DNA from: Candidatus Pacearchaeota archaeon
GTDB taxonomy: Archaea > Nanobdellota > Nanobdellia > Pacearchaeales > GW2011-AR1
DNA: 64,000 bases
Reading direction: 5' to 3'
Assembly (NCBI GenBank): GCA_018304105.1
Contig: JAGVWX010000020.1
Span: 97,494 to 161,493 of the forward strand
The notes below the pieces were generated by a model. It searched no databases. It was not told the DNA's origin and saw nothing but the letters and a program-made list of their open reading frames with translations. Position 1 is the first letter of the stretch. Every line of letters starts with the position of its first letter. Positions 55,991 through 64,000 of this stretch are shown in pieces. The translations under genes and the position numbers were made by a program.

Positions 55991-57252
55991 TTGTTTAGTT
56001 TTACTTGTTCTATTTTTTCACATCCTATTTCCTCAAGATACTTAACCAAATCACAATTATAATTTGGATTTAAATCCTCATTTACCAAATCTTCAGCATT
56101 GTAAATTTTTGTTGCTCCCGCAAATTGAAGATTGTGGATATATTTCAGTTTATAATCTTCAGGAGTTCTCCATTTCCCATCTAAGATGTATATTAAAATA
56201 AATCTGTCTTTCTTTGAGATAAGTTCCTTTGAATTCTGTTCAAAAGAACAACGAGCAAATAAAGAGCGAGTTATTTGTTCTCTCGCTCTACTTGGTAGTG
56301 CTTTAGTGTGGAGTTCCATCCCGCCAGCAGAAGCTTTACATTGAATGTGAACAGGCATATTAAACTTCCTTGAAAATAAAACAAAATCCTCCGATATTTT
56401 TGTATTTTTAATTCCAAATTCATGAAGCAAGTTTGGTTTTACTTCAATATCTTTTAACAAGTCTCCCTCAAACTTGAAATTATGTTTATCTAATAAACAA
56501 TATACTATCGCCTCCATAGGATTAAAAAAACTTCTTTCTTGCCAAATTTTGTCATATTTTCCTTCCGTCAAATAACTCCAAAATAAACCCTTTTCATTGT
56601 TATAAGAACACAAAGCCATATACTGTAATGCGTCGTTTTTTATCATTCTTGGATGTCCGACTTTTAGATATTTTTTAATGACTTCTTTGTAAAATTTTAT
56701 CCGCAAAGTTGAGATTGGAGCATTATCATCTTTACTTTCTAACTTAATAGCATCTCTCCTTTCTTTTTCTTTTCTCCAAAAATCAGTATTTTTTAATGGA
56801 CATTTTAGAGAAGCCAATAACTTCTCGTCAAAATCTGAATCCCATAAGGTAACCACCTCATCAAAAAACAATCTAAACACTTTTTCAACATAAGACAACC
56901 ACGCTTCCTTTTTTCCACCCATCACCAGAATAATTCGCAAATTAGGATTGTAGGTTTTCCATAGATACAAAGCACCAATTTTCTGATGTAATTTGTTTTC
57001 ATTACTATGCCCAGGTTTATCTGGATTTGTATGGGTTATTTCCATAATCGTATGGGGATTTTCAAAAGATGGAATAGATACATCAGCTTGAACATTCGCA
57101 TTTGAGTTTATATCAGAATACAAAACAACTGATTTTTCCCCTTTGTTATACACAATATTGATATTCTCAAGAACGCCCTTTATGTGATTCTCTAATTCCC
57201 TACCATTTTTTTGAGTAGCAATAAGAGACTTTTTCTGTAAGTCGTAAGCCAT
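55987..57252 (-). CDS. putative type II restriction endonuclease (context-based call)
   Basis: 421-aa ORF convergent with the MTase and overlapping it by 4 nt. Possible PD-(D/E)XK-like ADVSIP...IMEITH. No family recognised. Confidence 0.5.
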   Translation of the reverse strand: MAYDLQKKSLIATQKNGRELENHIKGVLENINIVYNKGEKSVVLYSDINSNANVQADVSIPSFENPHTIMEITHTNPDKPGHSNENKLHQKIGALYLWKTYNPNLRIILVMGGKKEAWLSYVEKVFRLFFDEVVTLWDSDFDEKLLASLKCPLKNTDFWRKEKERRDAIKLESKDDNAPISTLRIKFYKEVIKKYLKVGHPRMIKNDALQYMALCSYNNEKGLFWSYLTEGKYDKIWQERSFFNPMEAIVYCLLDKHNFKFEGDLLKDIEVKPNLLHEFGIKNTKISEDFVLFSRKFNMPVHIQCKASAGGMELHTKALPSRAREQITRSLFARCSFEQNSKELISKKDRFILIYILDGKWRTPEDYKLKYIHNLQFAGATKIYNAEDLVNEDLNPNYNCDLVKYLEEIGCEKIEQVKLNN

Positions 57253-57288
57253 GAGAAATCAAAGAAAAAGCCCCTTTTATTGTTTTCT

Positions 57289-57312
57289 ACCAACCGCTAA
57301 CTTTACAATGTA
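57289..57312 (-). repeat. right terminal inverted repeat
   Basis: See the mobile element entry. Confidence 0.9.
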
Positions 57313-57372
57313 CTAATCTCTCTGAAAGTTAGGCGTATAAGATTTTATAAATATCGTTCTCCTTTCTAAAAG

Positions 57373-57702
57373 ATGTTTGACCCAAACAAAATAAAAAAGA
57401 AAATTCCAGTTAATGATTTTATAGCTCTAATAAGAAAATACCTGCCAGAAAACATAGAGGACAGCGGTCACACTTTCAAGAGGTTAAGTCAGAAGCAGAG
57501 AGAATTATTTACAATAGAAGAATTGAGCGATATCTTGCTTAAAGATAAGCCATTTCTCGTCGGGATTCAAGAAAACGACAACTATGCTGTTTTTTACAAA
57601 CATCAAGGCAAGAATCTGAGAGTTATAATCAAGCAAGAAATACAAAAGATTAAAATAGTAACATTTTATAACATATTGGAATGGCAGATACCAAAAATAT
57701 GA
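57373..57702 (+). CDS. small protein, possible DUF4258-like toxin
   Basis: 109 aa with SGHTFKRLSQKQRELFTIEELSDIL. Overlaps the next ORF by 22 nt. Weak call. Confidence 0.35.
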   Translation: MFDPNKIKKKIPVNDFIALIRKYLPENIEDSGHTFKRLSQKQRELFTIEELSDILLKDKPFLVGIQENDNYAVFYKHQGKNLRVIIKQEIQKIKIVTFYNILEWQIPKI

Positions 57703-58079
57703 CGGATAATGAAAGAAAGTTGGAAGCAGAAGGCGAAATGGATTACGACTATGCAGAAGATATTCTCTTGTTCAAGGTGAAGGATAGAGAATACGATTTC
57801 TCTATGGAGTTCCAAAATATGGTTGTAGACGTAGACAAAGAGCAATTTATTGTTGGAATTCAGATTTTTGATGCTTCTAAATTTCTAAAAATGGGAAAGG
57901 AACATCTGAGAAAAATCACGAATTGGCAGTTCAAAGCAAAACTCCAAGATAATGAATTCAGAATTGATTTGTATTATCAGGTTGTTGTAAGAAATAAAAC
58001 CGTGAATAACAATATTTATCCAATCATCGTTCAGCAGGATATGGGTTTACCAAGTCCCCAAACAGTTTCTACAATTTAA
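57681..58079 (+). CDS. DUF2283-like protein, possible antitoxin partner
   Basis: 132 aa with MDYDYAEDILLFKVKD, typical of DUF2283 N-termini. Confidence 0.45.
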   Translation: MADTKNMTDNERKLEAEGEMDYDYAEDILLFKVKDREYDFSMEFQNMVVDVDKEQFIVGIQIFDASKFLKMGKEHLRKITNWQFKAKLQDNEFRIDLYYQVVVRNKTVNNNIYPIIVQQDMGLPSPQTVSTI

Positions 58080-58146
58080 TATAGAATATCGAAGTACTAA
58101 TTATCCCATAGCAAAATGTTATAAATAATATTCAATATACAAATCT

Positions 58147-58512
58147 ATGAAACCTGAAGAAATAGCTCTCAAGTTTAACAGTTGCATAAATTCTCAGAAT
58201 ATTAAGGGCCTTTCTAATTTAATGTCCCCAAATCACAGATTCATAGACTCCGAAAATGGAGGATTCCAAGGCAAAGAAAAAGCCATAAAAATCTGGAAAG
58301 AATTTTTTAAAAAATATCCCGAATATAGAAACAACCTTGAAATCATTAAAAGTAGAAGTAATTTAATAATAATGGTCGGGCACTCAATTTGTTCCAACAA
58401 GAAATTAGAAGGAGATGGTATTTGGACAGCGAAGATAGAACATAACAAGGTCGCAGAGTGGAAAGTTTATTACAATACTAAAGACAATAGGAAACTGTTG
58501 GGAATTGAGTAG
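58147..58512 (+). CDS. SnoaL/NTF2-like fold protein
   Basis: 121 aa with the pattern FNSCINSQNIKGLSNLMSPNHRFIDS...KVAEWKVYYN. Confidence 0.6.
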   Translation: MKPEEIALKFNSCINSQNIKGLSNLMSPNHRFIDSENGGFQGKEKAIKIWKEFFKKYPEYRNNLEIIKSRSNLIIMVGHSICSNKKLEGDGIWTAKIEHNKVAEWKVYYNTKDNRKLLGIE

Positions 58513-58519
58513 GAATCAT

Positions 58520-58837
58520 TCAAGGCCAAATCGGCGCACACTTTTGATTTATACATTTGCAGCTTCCGGCTTCGCCAGAATTCTTGCATCCTAAAAACTT
58601 TTCGTCAAAACTTCCGCATCCCGGGGCGCAAATAACTCCGCTGCATTCCGGCGCTTCATCGAGAGGCGCGCACAAGTCCGCATCGCAGCATTCATTCGGA
58701 ACGCAATCAGCATCAATAGAGCATTCTTTTTCTTCAACTATGGGCTGCTCAACAGATTTCAGCCAGACAAATAAAATAATTGCTCCAACAAAAAACAAAC
58801 TCACTAAAATGAAAATTGCTACCTGTCCCTTTTTCAT
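58520..58837 (-). CDS. small secreted Cys-rich protein (105 aa)
   Basis: N-terminal TM/signal, 13 Cys in the mature part. Confidence 0.5.
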   Translation of the reverse strand: MKKGQVAIFILVSLFFVGAIILFVWLKSVEQPIVEEKECSIDADCVPNECCDADLCAPLDEAPECSGVICAPGCGSFDEKFLGCKNSGEAGSCKCINQKCAPIWP

Positions 58838-59175
58838 AGCATCTACAGCACCATTATCTTTTTAACTTTATCCTTATGAGAAGTTAAACTTATCAAAAGG
58901 GACTTCGTGTTAATTAACTTCGTTGCGCAAATCACAGAGCAAAAATGTTCGCACAACGTTAAAGTTAATTAGTTTGAAGTGACGACAAAAATATTGCGTC
59001 GAAATGCAATAGTGTTTATATAACTCCCGTCATACTCCAAATGATAATTGCCTAAAAGAGGCTCACTTATGGATTACATCAAAAATAACCCACTAGAGAA
59101 TTACAAACCTTACTTCATAGTCATCACTGTATCACATGTGATGCTATTAGCTGAAAGGAGGTTTGAATAAAGATT

Positions 59176-60324
59176 ATGAGATCCATACTAACAATATTAG
59201 TAATGGCTGCTCTCGTAATCTCCGTAGTACCAGGCGTCTTCGCTGCTGATGTAGGGGGCGGAATCACACCAGACATTGAAACTGAAGATTTCGAACCTCT
59301 TGTCTGGCTATGCGACCAAAGAGTTGTCTATGATGACGCAACAGAACCTGGAAGATACTCTCAAGATGGCGAAGAAATGTTGGAAAGAATCAACAACTAC
59401 GCTTTCGAAGGAGAACAAATCCACTGGCTCACATTAGTCATGGACAAAAACGGCATCGAAAAAGTTTCTGATGTCTATGGAACACTTGGTTCCTCGCAAG
59501 GCGCAGGAAACGACATCGAAGTTAACTGTGACCGACTTGCTGGCGTTCCATATATTAGGGAAGTAAAATACTTCACTGATGATGGAAGACACGATGGAAA
59601 AAAGTTGCCAAGTTCATGTAATGCAAGAATTCAGGAAGAAATACTAAGAGAATTCGATTCTGAAACAATGGCATTCTATGAGTGTACATTAACTGTCGAG
59701 ACAACTGAAAGCATGTATGGCGAATACTGGATAACAGTAGAAGCCGAAGACCTTGATGGAATGCAAGGTACAATGGATGAGAATGAGTACTGGTTCTTTA
59801 ACCCGGTAATTGCTTTAAGCATTACCGGCGATATGACATTTGAAAATGTCAGGCCAGGCACATCATCTTATTCAGATACTTTGCTTATTGAAAATGACGC
59901 AGATGTTAGCTCCGGCGTGATGATGGATATGTTTATCACAGGAACTGACTTCTACGACTCCTCAAGCAGTGGTGCGAAATGCCCAACATCCAATCAGTTG
60001 GAACTTGAAGCATTCAGATATTTTGCAACAAATGGGGCATACTCCACCTACCAGGACGCTGAAGACGACAGCGCAGGCTCTGTAACAAGAGACAAGGACA
60101 GTGAAGGTTACGTTAACATAGAATATGGTGATGCGTTTAACAACCCATTTCCATTCTATGACGACGCTGAAATCCTTCAGGCACAACCTGTTGGACCTTA
60201 CTGGACAGCAAACTTGTTGACTCCAGGCGCTGATATGGCAGTAACATTCAGGCTAGACTTGCCTGAACCATGTAACGGAGATTTCGACACCGGAAGTATT
60301 TACTTCTGGGGAGAAGCTATCTAA
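59176..60324 (+). CDS. secreted acidic protein (382 aa)
   Basis: Signal peptide, D/E-rich. GGAGG 8 nt upstream of the ATG. Confidence 0.55.
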   Translation: MRSILTILVMAALVISVVPGVFAADVGGGITPDIETEDFEPLVWLCDQRVVYDDATEPGRYSQDGEEMLERINNYAFEGEQIHWLTLVMDKNGIEKVSDVYGTLGSSQGAGNDIEVNCDRLAGVPYIREVKYFTDDGRHDGKKLPSSCNARIQEEILREFDSETMAFYECTLTVETTESMYGEYWITVEAEDLDGMQGTMDENEYWFFNPVIALSITGDMTFENVRPGTSSYSDTLLIENDADVSSGVMMDMFITGTDFYDSSSSGAKCPTSNQLELEAFRYFATNGAYSTYQDAEDDSAGSVTRDKDSEGYVNIEYGDAFNNPFPFYDDAEILQAQPVGPYWTANLLTPGADMAVTFRLDLPEPCNGDFDTGSIYFWGEAI

Positions 60325-60372
60325 TAACAAATTTTATTTTTATTTTTTTCTTTCCTTTTATACTCACCGCGC

Positions 60373-62682
60373 ATGAAGCGCACTCACAAAATGAAAACAA
60401 AAACAGAAATGAAAATCATCTTGGGAATCCTTGCAGTACTCGTAGCTTTGCCTCTTGTTGCGGCAGATTCTCATCAGCTTTGGTGCCTTTACGATGGCGA
60501 GTCTGTCAATTTCGGGCAGCTTTGCGCGCCGGGAAGGCCAACAGTAACCGCGCCCAATCATGGCTCTACATCCATCTGTGTCCATCTTCTTGATAACGGT
60601 AAAATTTGTCATGCTTCGCTTAGTAAATGTTACGGCCTGGGCTTAAGCTGTTCAAATAGCACCACCGGAGGCAACACCACCATTGATATTACTCCTCCAA
60701 CGCTTGAAATCTCCTCGCCTCTCAATGGTTCAACATTCACTTCAAGAAATGTTCTTCTTGAAATGCTTTCAGACGAAACAGTAGCACTTAGTTACCAGAA
60801 AGATTCCAATCCAGGAAAGTGGAATACTCTCTGTTCAAACTGCGGCTCTTATAGTAAGGAAAGAAGCTTTGACGAAGGCCTAAACGAAATAACCATCCGC
60901 GCAGTCGACAAAGCGAATAACGAAGCGCTCTACGCAAGATTATTCTATGTCGACAGCAAGAAGCCAAAAATAAATTCTCTTGAACCAAGCGAAGGCTTTG
61001 CATCTGGAACTTTCCGCGTGACTTTCACAGAAGACAATCCAAAAGAATTAGTCCTTCACTACGGTAATTCAGAAACAGGTTTCAGAAACAAAAGTTTCGG
61101 TCTTTCAACAGACTGCATACAATTAGATGGAGAAGCCGAATGCGCAACCACGGTAAACCTTGCAGATTACGAAGGCGAGCAGATAGAAGTCTACGCAACT
61201 TTATTAGACGCAGCAGGAAACCTGGATGAAACGTCACACGCCCAATTAGCCATAGACAACACCGCTCCAATAATTTCTAATTTCAGCTACTTGGTTCAAG
61301 GAAAGAAAGTGACTTTCACTCTTGAAATTAATGAGCCATATCTTTCAGAAGTCACATACATTGACAATTCAGAAAACAATCCAAAAGAAAAATCCCTATG
61401 CAGCAAGCTAGTAAACAACGTGTGCGAAAAGCAGGTAAACCTCAAGAGCGAGGGAAGTCACAATGTTCAAGTAATTGTAAGAGACCTTGCTGGAAACGAG
61501 GCAGCACAAAACTTCACGCTTTTCGCTGATTCAAAGAAGCCAAAAATTAAAGATGTTCTTCCATCAGACGGATTCACATCTGGATTATTCGAAGTTACTT
61601 TTGAAGAGCAGAATCCAATGTCTGTAGTTCTCGAATACGGAAACGTTCAGACAGGATTTAGAACCCAAAATGTTCAGTTATCTGGGTGTTCCAAAGACGG
61701 TGACGAATATTACTGTTCCACATCAGTAGCTCTCGGAGATTTCGACGGGCAGGAAATAGAATACAAGTTCACAGTCACAGACCTAGCTGGCCAAACTGAT
61801 GAAAAACAGCAGAAAGGATTGGCAGTAGACATTTCTTTCCCGGTCATAAAATCATTGAACTACACAGTTAACGGAAAAGATGTTTTCTTCTTAATAAATG
61901 TAGACGAGCCATACTTGAAGGAAATCTCATACATTGACAACTCGGATCCTAAACTGCAGGTAAAAAAACTCTGCTCTAAATTAACAAACGAGTTTTGCGA
62001 AAAGAAAGTTTCATTCAGGAACGACGGGCTTCATGAAGTCACTTTGGAAGTAACTGACCTTGCCGGCCACGCCGTATCGCAGAACATAGAATTTTTCACA
62101 GACTCAAAGAAACCAAAGATAAAGAGTATCTTTCCGGAAAAGGATTCCACCTTCGGACTTTTTGATATAAGCTTTGAAGAGCAGAATCCAACGTCGTTGA
62201 TTTTAGAATACGGTAACAATGCCCTTGGCTTCAGAACGGCCGCTCTTTCTCTTGCAAACGACTGCACTTCCGATAATGGAAAATACTCTTGCTCAATCAA
62301 TGTTGACCTTTCAGATTACGACGGCTACGAAATAATGTATGACTTTACTTTAACTGACAGAGTCGGCCAAACCGCTTCTGACGGCGCAGCAGAACTCTTG
62401 GTGGACATAACCTTCCCAGAATTTGATTCATTGACCTACAATCTGACAAGCAGCACGAAAGCAAAGGTTATTCTCCAGGCAACCGAGCCAAACGTCGAGG
62501 TAGTCACATACATAAACCTTGATGATTCAAAACCAAGGCAGCAAACATTCTGCTCACGATTGAGCGCAGAAGGAATTTGTGAAAAGAAGCTCAGCATCAA
62601 CCCTGGAACAAACAGGATTGACTTCGTAATCATCGACAAAGCAGGAAATTCTGCAGTTCAGCAGCTAGTGATTGCGAACTAA
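60373..62682 (+). CDS. secreted surface protein with about 3.5 tandem repeats of roughly 190 aa
   Basis: 769 aa. The repeat boundary DSKKPKI recurs three times, and each repeat carries conserved Cys pairs (LCSKL..C.K). Confidence 0.65.
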   Translation: MKRTHKMKTKTEMKIILGILAVLVALPLVAADSHQLWCLYDGESVNFGQLCAPGRPTVTAPNHGSTSICVHLLDNGKICHASLSKCYGLGLSCSNSTTGGNTTIDITPPTLEISSPLNGSTFTSRNVLLEMLSDETVALSYQKDSNPGKWNTLCSNCGSYSKERSFDEGLNEITIRAVDKANNEALYARLFYVDSKKPKINSLEPSEGFASGTFRVTFTEDNPKELVLHYGNSETGFRNKSFGLSTDCIQLDGEAECATTVNLADYEGEQIEVYATLLDAAGNLDETSHAQLAIDNTAPIISNFSYLVQGKKVTFTLEINEPYLSEVTYIDNSENNPKEKSLCSKLVNNVCEKQVNLKSEGSHNVQVIVRDLAGNEAAQNFTLFADSKKPKIKDVLPSDGFTSGLFEVTFEEQNPMSVVLEYGNVQTGFRTQNVQLSGCSKDGDEYYCSTSVALGDFDGQEIEYKFTVTDLAGQTDEKQQKGLAVDISFPVIKSLNYTVNGKDVFFLINVDEPYLKEISYIDNSDPKLQVKKLCSKLTNEFCEKKVSFRNDGLHEVTLEVTDLAGHAVSQNIEFFTDSKKPKIKSIFPEKDSTFGLFDISFEEQNPTSLILEYGNNALGFRTAALSLANDCTSDNGKYSCSINVDLSDYDGYEIMYDFTLTDRVGQTASDGAAELLVDITFPEFDSLTYNLTSSTKAKVILQATEPNVEVVTYINLDDSKPRQQTFCSRLSAEGICEKKLSINPGTNRIDFVIIDKAGNSAVQQLVIAN

Positions 62683-62686
62683 TTGC

Positions 62687-63286
62687 TCAACCCAAACAAT
62701 CCCGATATTTCAGCATTCCTCGATATTTCCACATCAAAGCCGTTTGAGAAGAGTGTATCTCAACTCCCAGTTCTTTGTTCTGGCTCGCTTTTCTTGCCAT
62801 CTCGCACAGCCCTGAAGAAATCTGGCCCGCGTAGCTTGCAGGAAGTGTTATTGTCAAGTCTGGGCTTGAGGCTTTTCCGACACTTACCGAATCTCTCGAA
62901 ACAGTGTAATATTTTTCTCCCAACTTTAGTTCAATGACAGCATTCTTAGGAAGGTCTTTAACGATGTCGTTGTCCAGCAAATCAGAAATATCATAACTCA
63001 ATTCCTGGAAGTTTAATTTTCCGTAATTTCCAATATCTTTTTTGACAGTAGAAGCAGCACTATTTCCAGTTTCAGTTTTCGCGTCGTTTGAAACCAAGCT
63101 TTCTTTCTCAAGAATTATGTTCCTCTCAATTGTTAAAACGCCAACTAAAGCGGCCAGGCAAACCGCAAACACAATTACTTTAATCATCGGCTTACGATTT
63201 TTAATCATTACCTTCTCATTGCCTTTTTCATCTAAAACCATTCTTTTTGTAGAAAATTTATGTTTAAAAAACCATCTCCCAATCAT
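62687..63286 (-). CDS. membrane-anchored protein, unknown function (start uncertain)
   Basis: The N-terminal 19 codons of the track ORF are read through a repeat element. An internal Met at 63286, 63241 or 63208 is more likely. One TM helix (VIVFAVCLAALVGVLTI). Confidence 0.5.
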   Translation of the reverse strand: MIGRWFFKHKFSTKRMVLDEKGNEKVMIKNRKPMIKVIVFAVCLAALVGVLTIERNIILEKESLVSNDAKTETGNSAASTVKKDIGNYGKLNFQELSYDISDLLDNDIVKDLPKNAVIELKLGEKYYTVSRDSVSVGKASSPDLTITLPASYAGQISSGLCEMARKASQNKELGVEIHSSQTALMWKYRGMLKYRDCLG

Positions 63287-63330
63287 TAGCACCCATTCAC
63301 AAGTTATAATCTTGTTCACAAGTCGGTCTG

Positions 63331-63492
63331 GGCGAGCAGTCACGCGCCACCGAAGTTAAATCAAATAAGGCACGTGGCTGCGAGCAGAGCATGTTACGCA
63401 TCACCAATAATTAATCAATTAAGATGCGTGGCTGCGAGCAGAGCATGTTACGCGCCACCGAAGTTAAATCAAATAAGGCACGTGGCTGCGAG
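63331..63492 (+). repeat. 54-bp tandem repeat, about 2.7 units (26-nt GTGGCTGCGAGCAGAGCATGTTACGC plus 28-nt linker)
   Basis: Units start at 63374, 63428 and 63482. The linkers at 63346-63373 and 63454-63481 are identical, and the middle linker is about 60% identical to them. Confidence 0.9.
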
Positions 63493-63667
63493 AAGGTGGT
63501 TTAATATTTTTTGGGCGGGGATGGGGGTTGAGCAACTATATGCCCTCAAAATTAATTGCATTAGTTCATTCGCAAAACTTCATACATCCTGTCTAATTTA
63601 CGTCGGTTAATTCCTCAACTCTAAGTGGTAAATCACATTTAAATAAAACATCTTGCTGTAAAATTCC

Positions 63668-64000
63668 ATGAAAAAAGAGACAATCTTTCTTTTAGCAGGC
63701 ACTATCATGATTTTGTTAATTGCTGGTGCATCTGCTGCGAAAAATGAAACGAACAGAATTTTGATTAACGAGTTTGTCACAGATTCGCAGACTGATTGGG
63801 ATGCGAGCGGGCAGACCAGCTCTTCAGACGAATGGTATGAACTTCATAACCCTGAAGCAGGTTCAATCATCGTCGACAATTGGTATCTTAAGCTGATTGA
63901 TTCATCTATCGAAACACAGAACTTAACCGGAACGATTCCCGCAGGCGGCTACTTAACAGTCATAAATCCTGCAGGAAATCAAAATGACGGCGGGCGGATT
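63668..64000 (+). CDS. secreted lamin-tail-domain (LTD) protein, partial
   Basis: My own translation: MKKETIFLLAGTIMILLIAGASAAKNETNRILINEFVTDSQTDWD...SDEWYELHNP. It runs off the window edge. Confidence 0.65.
   Translation, partial: MKKETIFLLAGTIMILLIAGASAAKNETNRILINEFVTDSQTDWDASGQTSSSDEWYELHNPEAGSIIVDNWYLKLIDSSIETQNLTGTIPAGGYLTVINPAGNQNDGGRI

Larger units (their letters stand above)
51743..57321. mobile_element. transposon-like element: 24-bp perfect terminal IRs, 9-bp target-site duplication, DDE transposase, and cargo including an R-M gene pair
   Basis: IR-L at 51752-51775 (TACATTGTAAAGTTAGCGGTTGGT) is the exact reverse complement of IR-R at 57289-57312. CTAATCTCT abuts both outer ends (51743-51751 and 57313-57321). 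Confidence 0.8.

Noticed and set aside
58910-58971. Long imperfect inverted repeat (TTAATTAACTTCGTTGCGC ... GCGCACAACGTTAAAGTTAATTA)
   Set aside because: Pairing needs several bulges and it is a single occurrence. I cannot tell a weak regulatory hairpin from chance in AT-rich DNA.
63374-63492. Possible mini-CRISPR array (26-nt repeat, 28-nt spacers)
   Set aside because: Only 2.4 repeats. Two of the spacers are identical and the third is about 60% identical to them, so this is a degenerate 54-bp tandem repeat. There are no cas genes in the window.
63374-63610. Track ORF 63374-63610 (MAASRACYASP...)
   Set aside because: It is a translation of the 54-bp tandem repeat, and the peptide itself is internally repetitive. 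Judged spurious.

Overview
AT-rich (roughly 38-40% GC) archaeal window, probably from a small-genome DPANN-like lineage. It holds the core information-processing operons. On the minus strand: rpoH-rpoB-rpoA (A'/A'' fused)-nusA-S12-S7-EF2. On the plus strand: L21e-rpoF-DUF655-S13-S4-S11-rpoD and L18e-L13-S9. Several genes look bacterial in type: groES/groEL, nrdR plus a class II RNR, and LeuRS. The window also has four tRNA genes, a P-type ATPase, secreted surface proteins, and an accessory region at 50-58 kb. Main findings: (1) A 5.6-kb transposon-like element (51743-57321) has perfect 24-bp terminal inverted repeats and a 9-bp target duplication, and carries a DDE transposase plus a methyltransferase/putative endonuclease pair. 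(2) Small orphan ORFs sit exactly at the junctions of conserved, translationally coupled genes (rpoB|rpoA, groES|groEL, S12|S7, L21e|rpoF, S13|S4). Two of them are bracketed by a direct repeat of the original junction. (3) Gene termini are often duplicated just outside the gene: all four tRNAs and the EF-2 3' end. (4) uS12 has two frame disruptions, one of them a 19-bp tandem duplication, and nrdJ has one. (5) A dispersed, plus-strand-only intergenic hairpin family has covarying stems and a conserved G-rich loop (AAGTCGGTCTGGGG). (6) An array of covarying stem-loops lies between tRNA-Lys and rpoH. (7) Two NrdR boxes overlap the nrdR-nrdJ promoter. I found no CRISPR array, cas genes, rRNA or reverse transcriptase.
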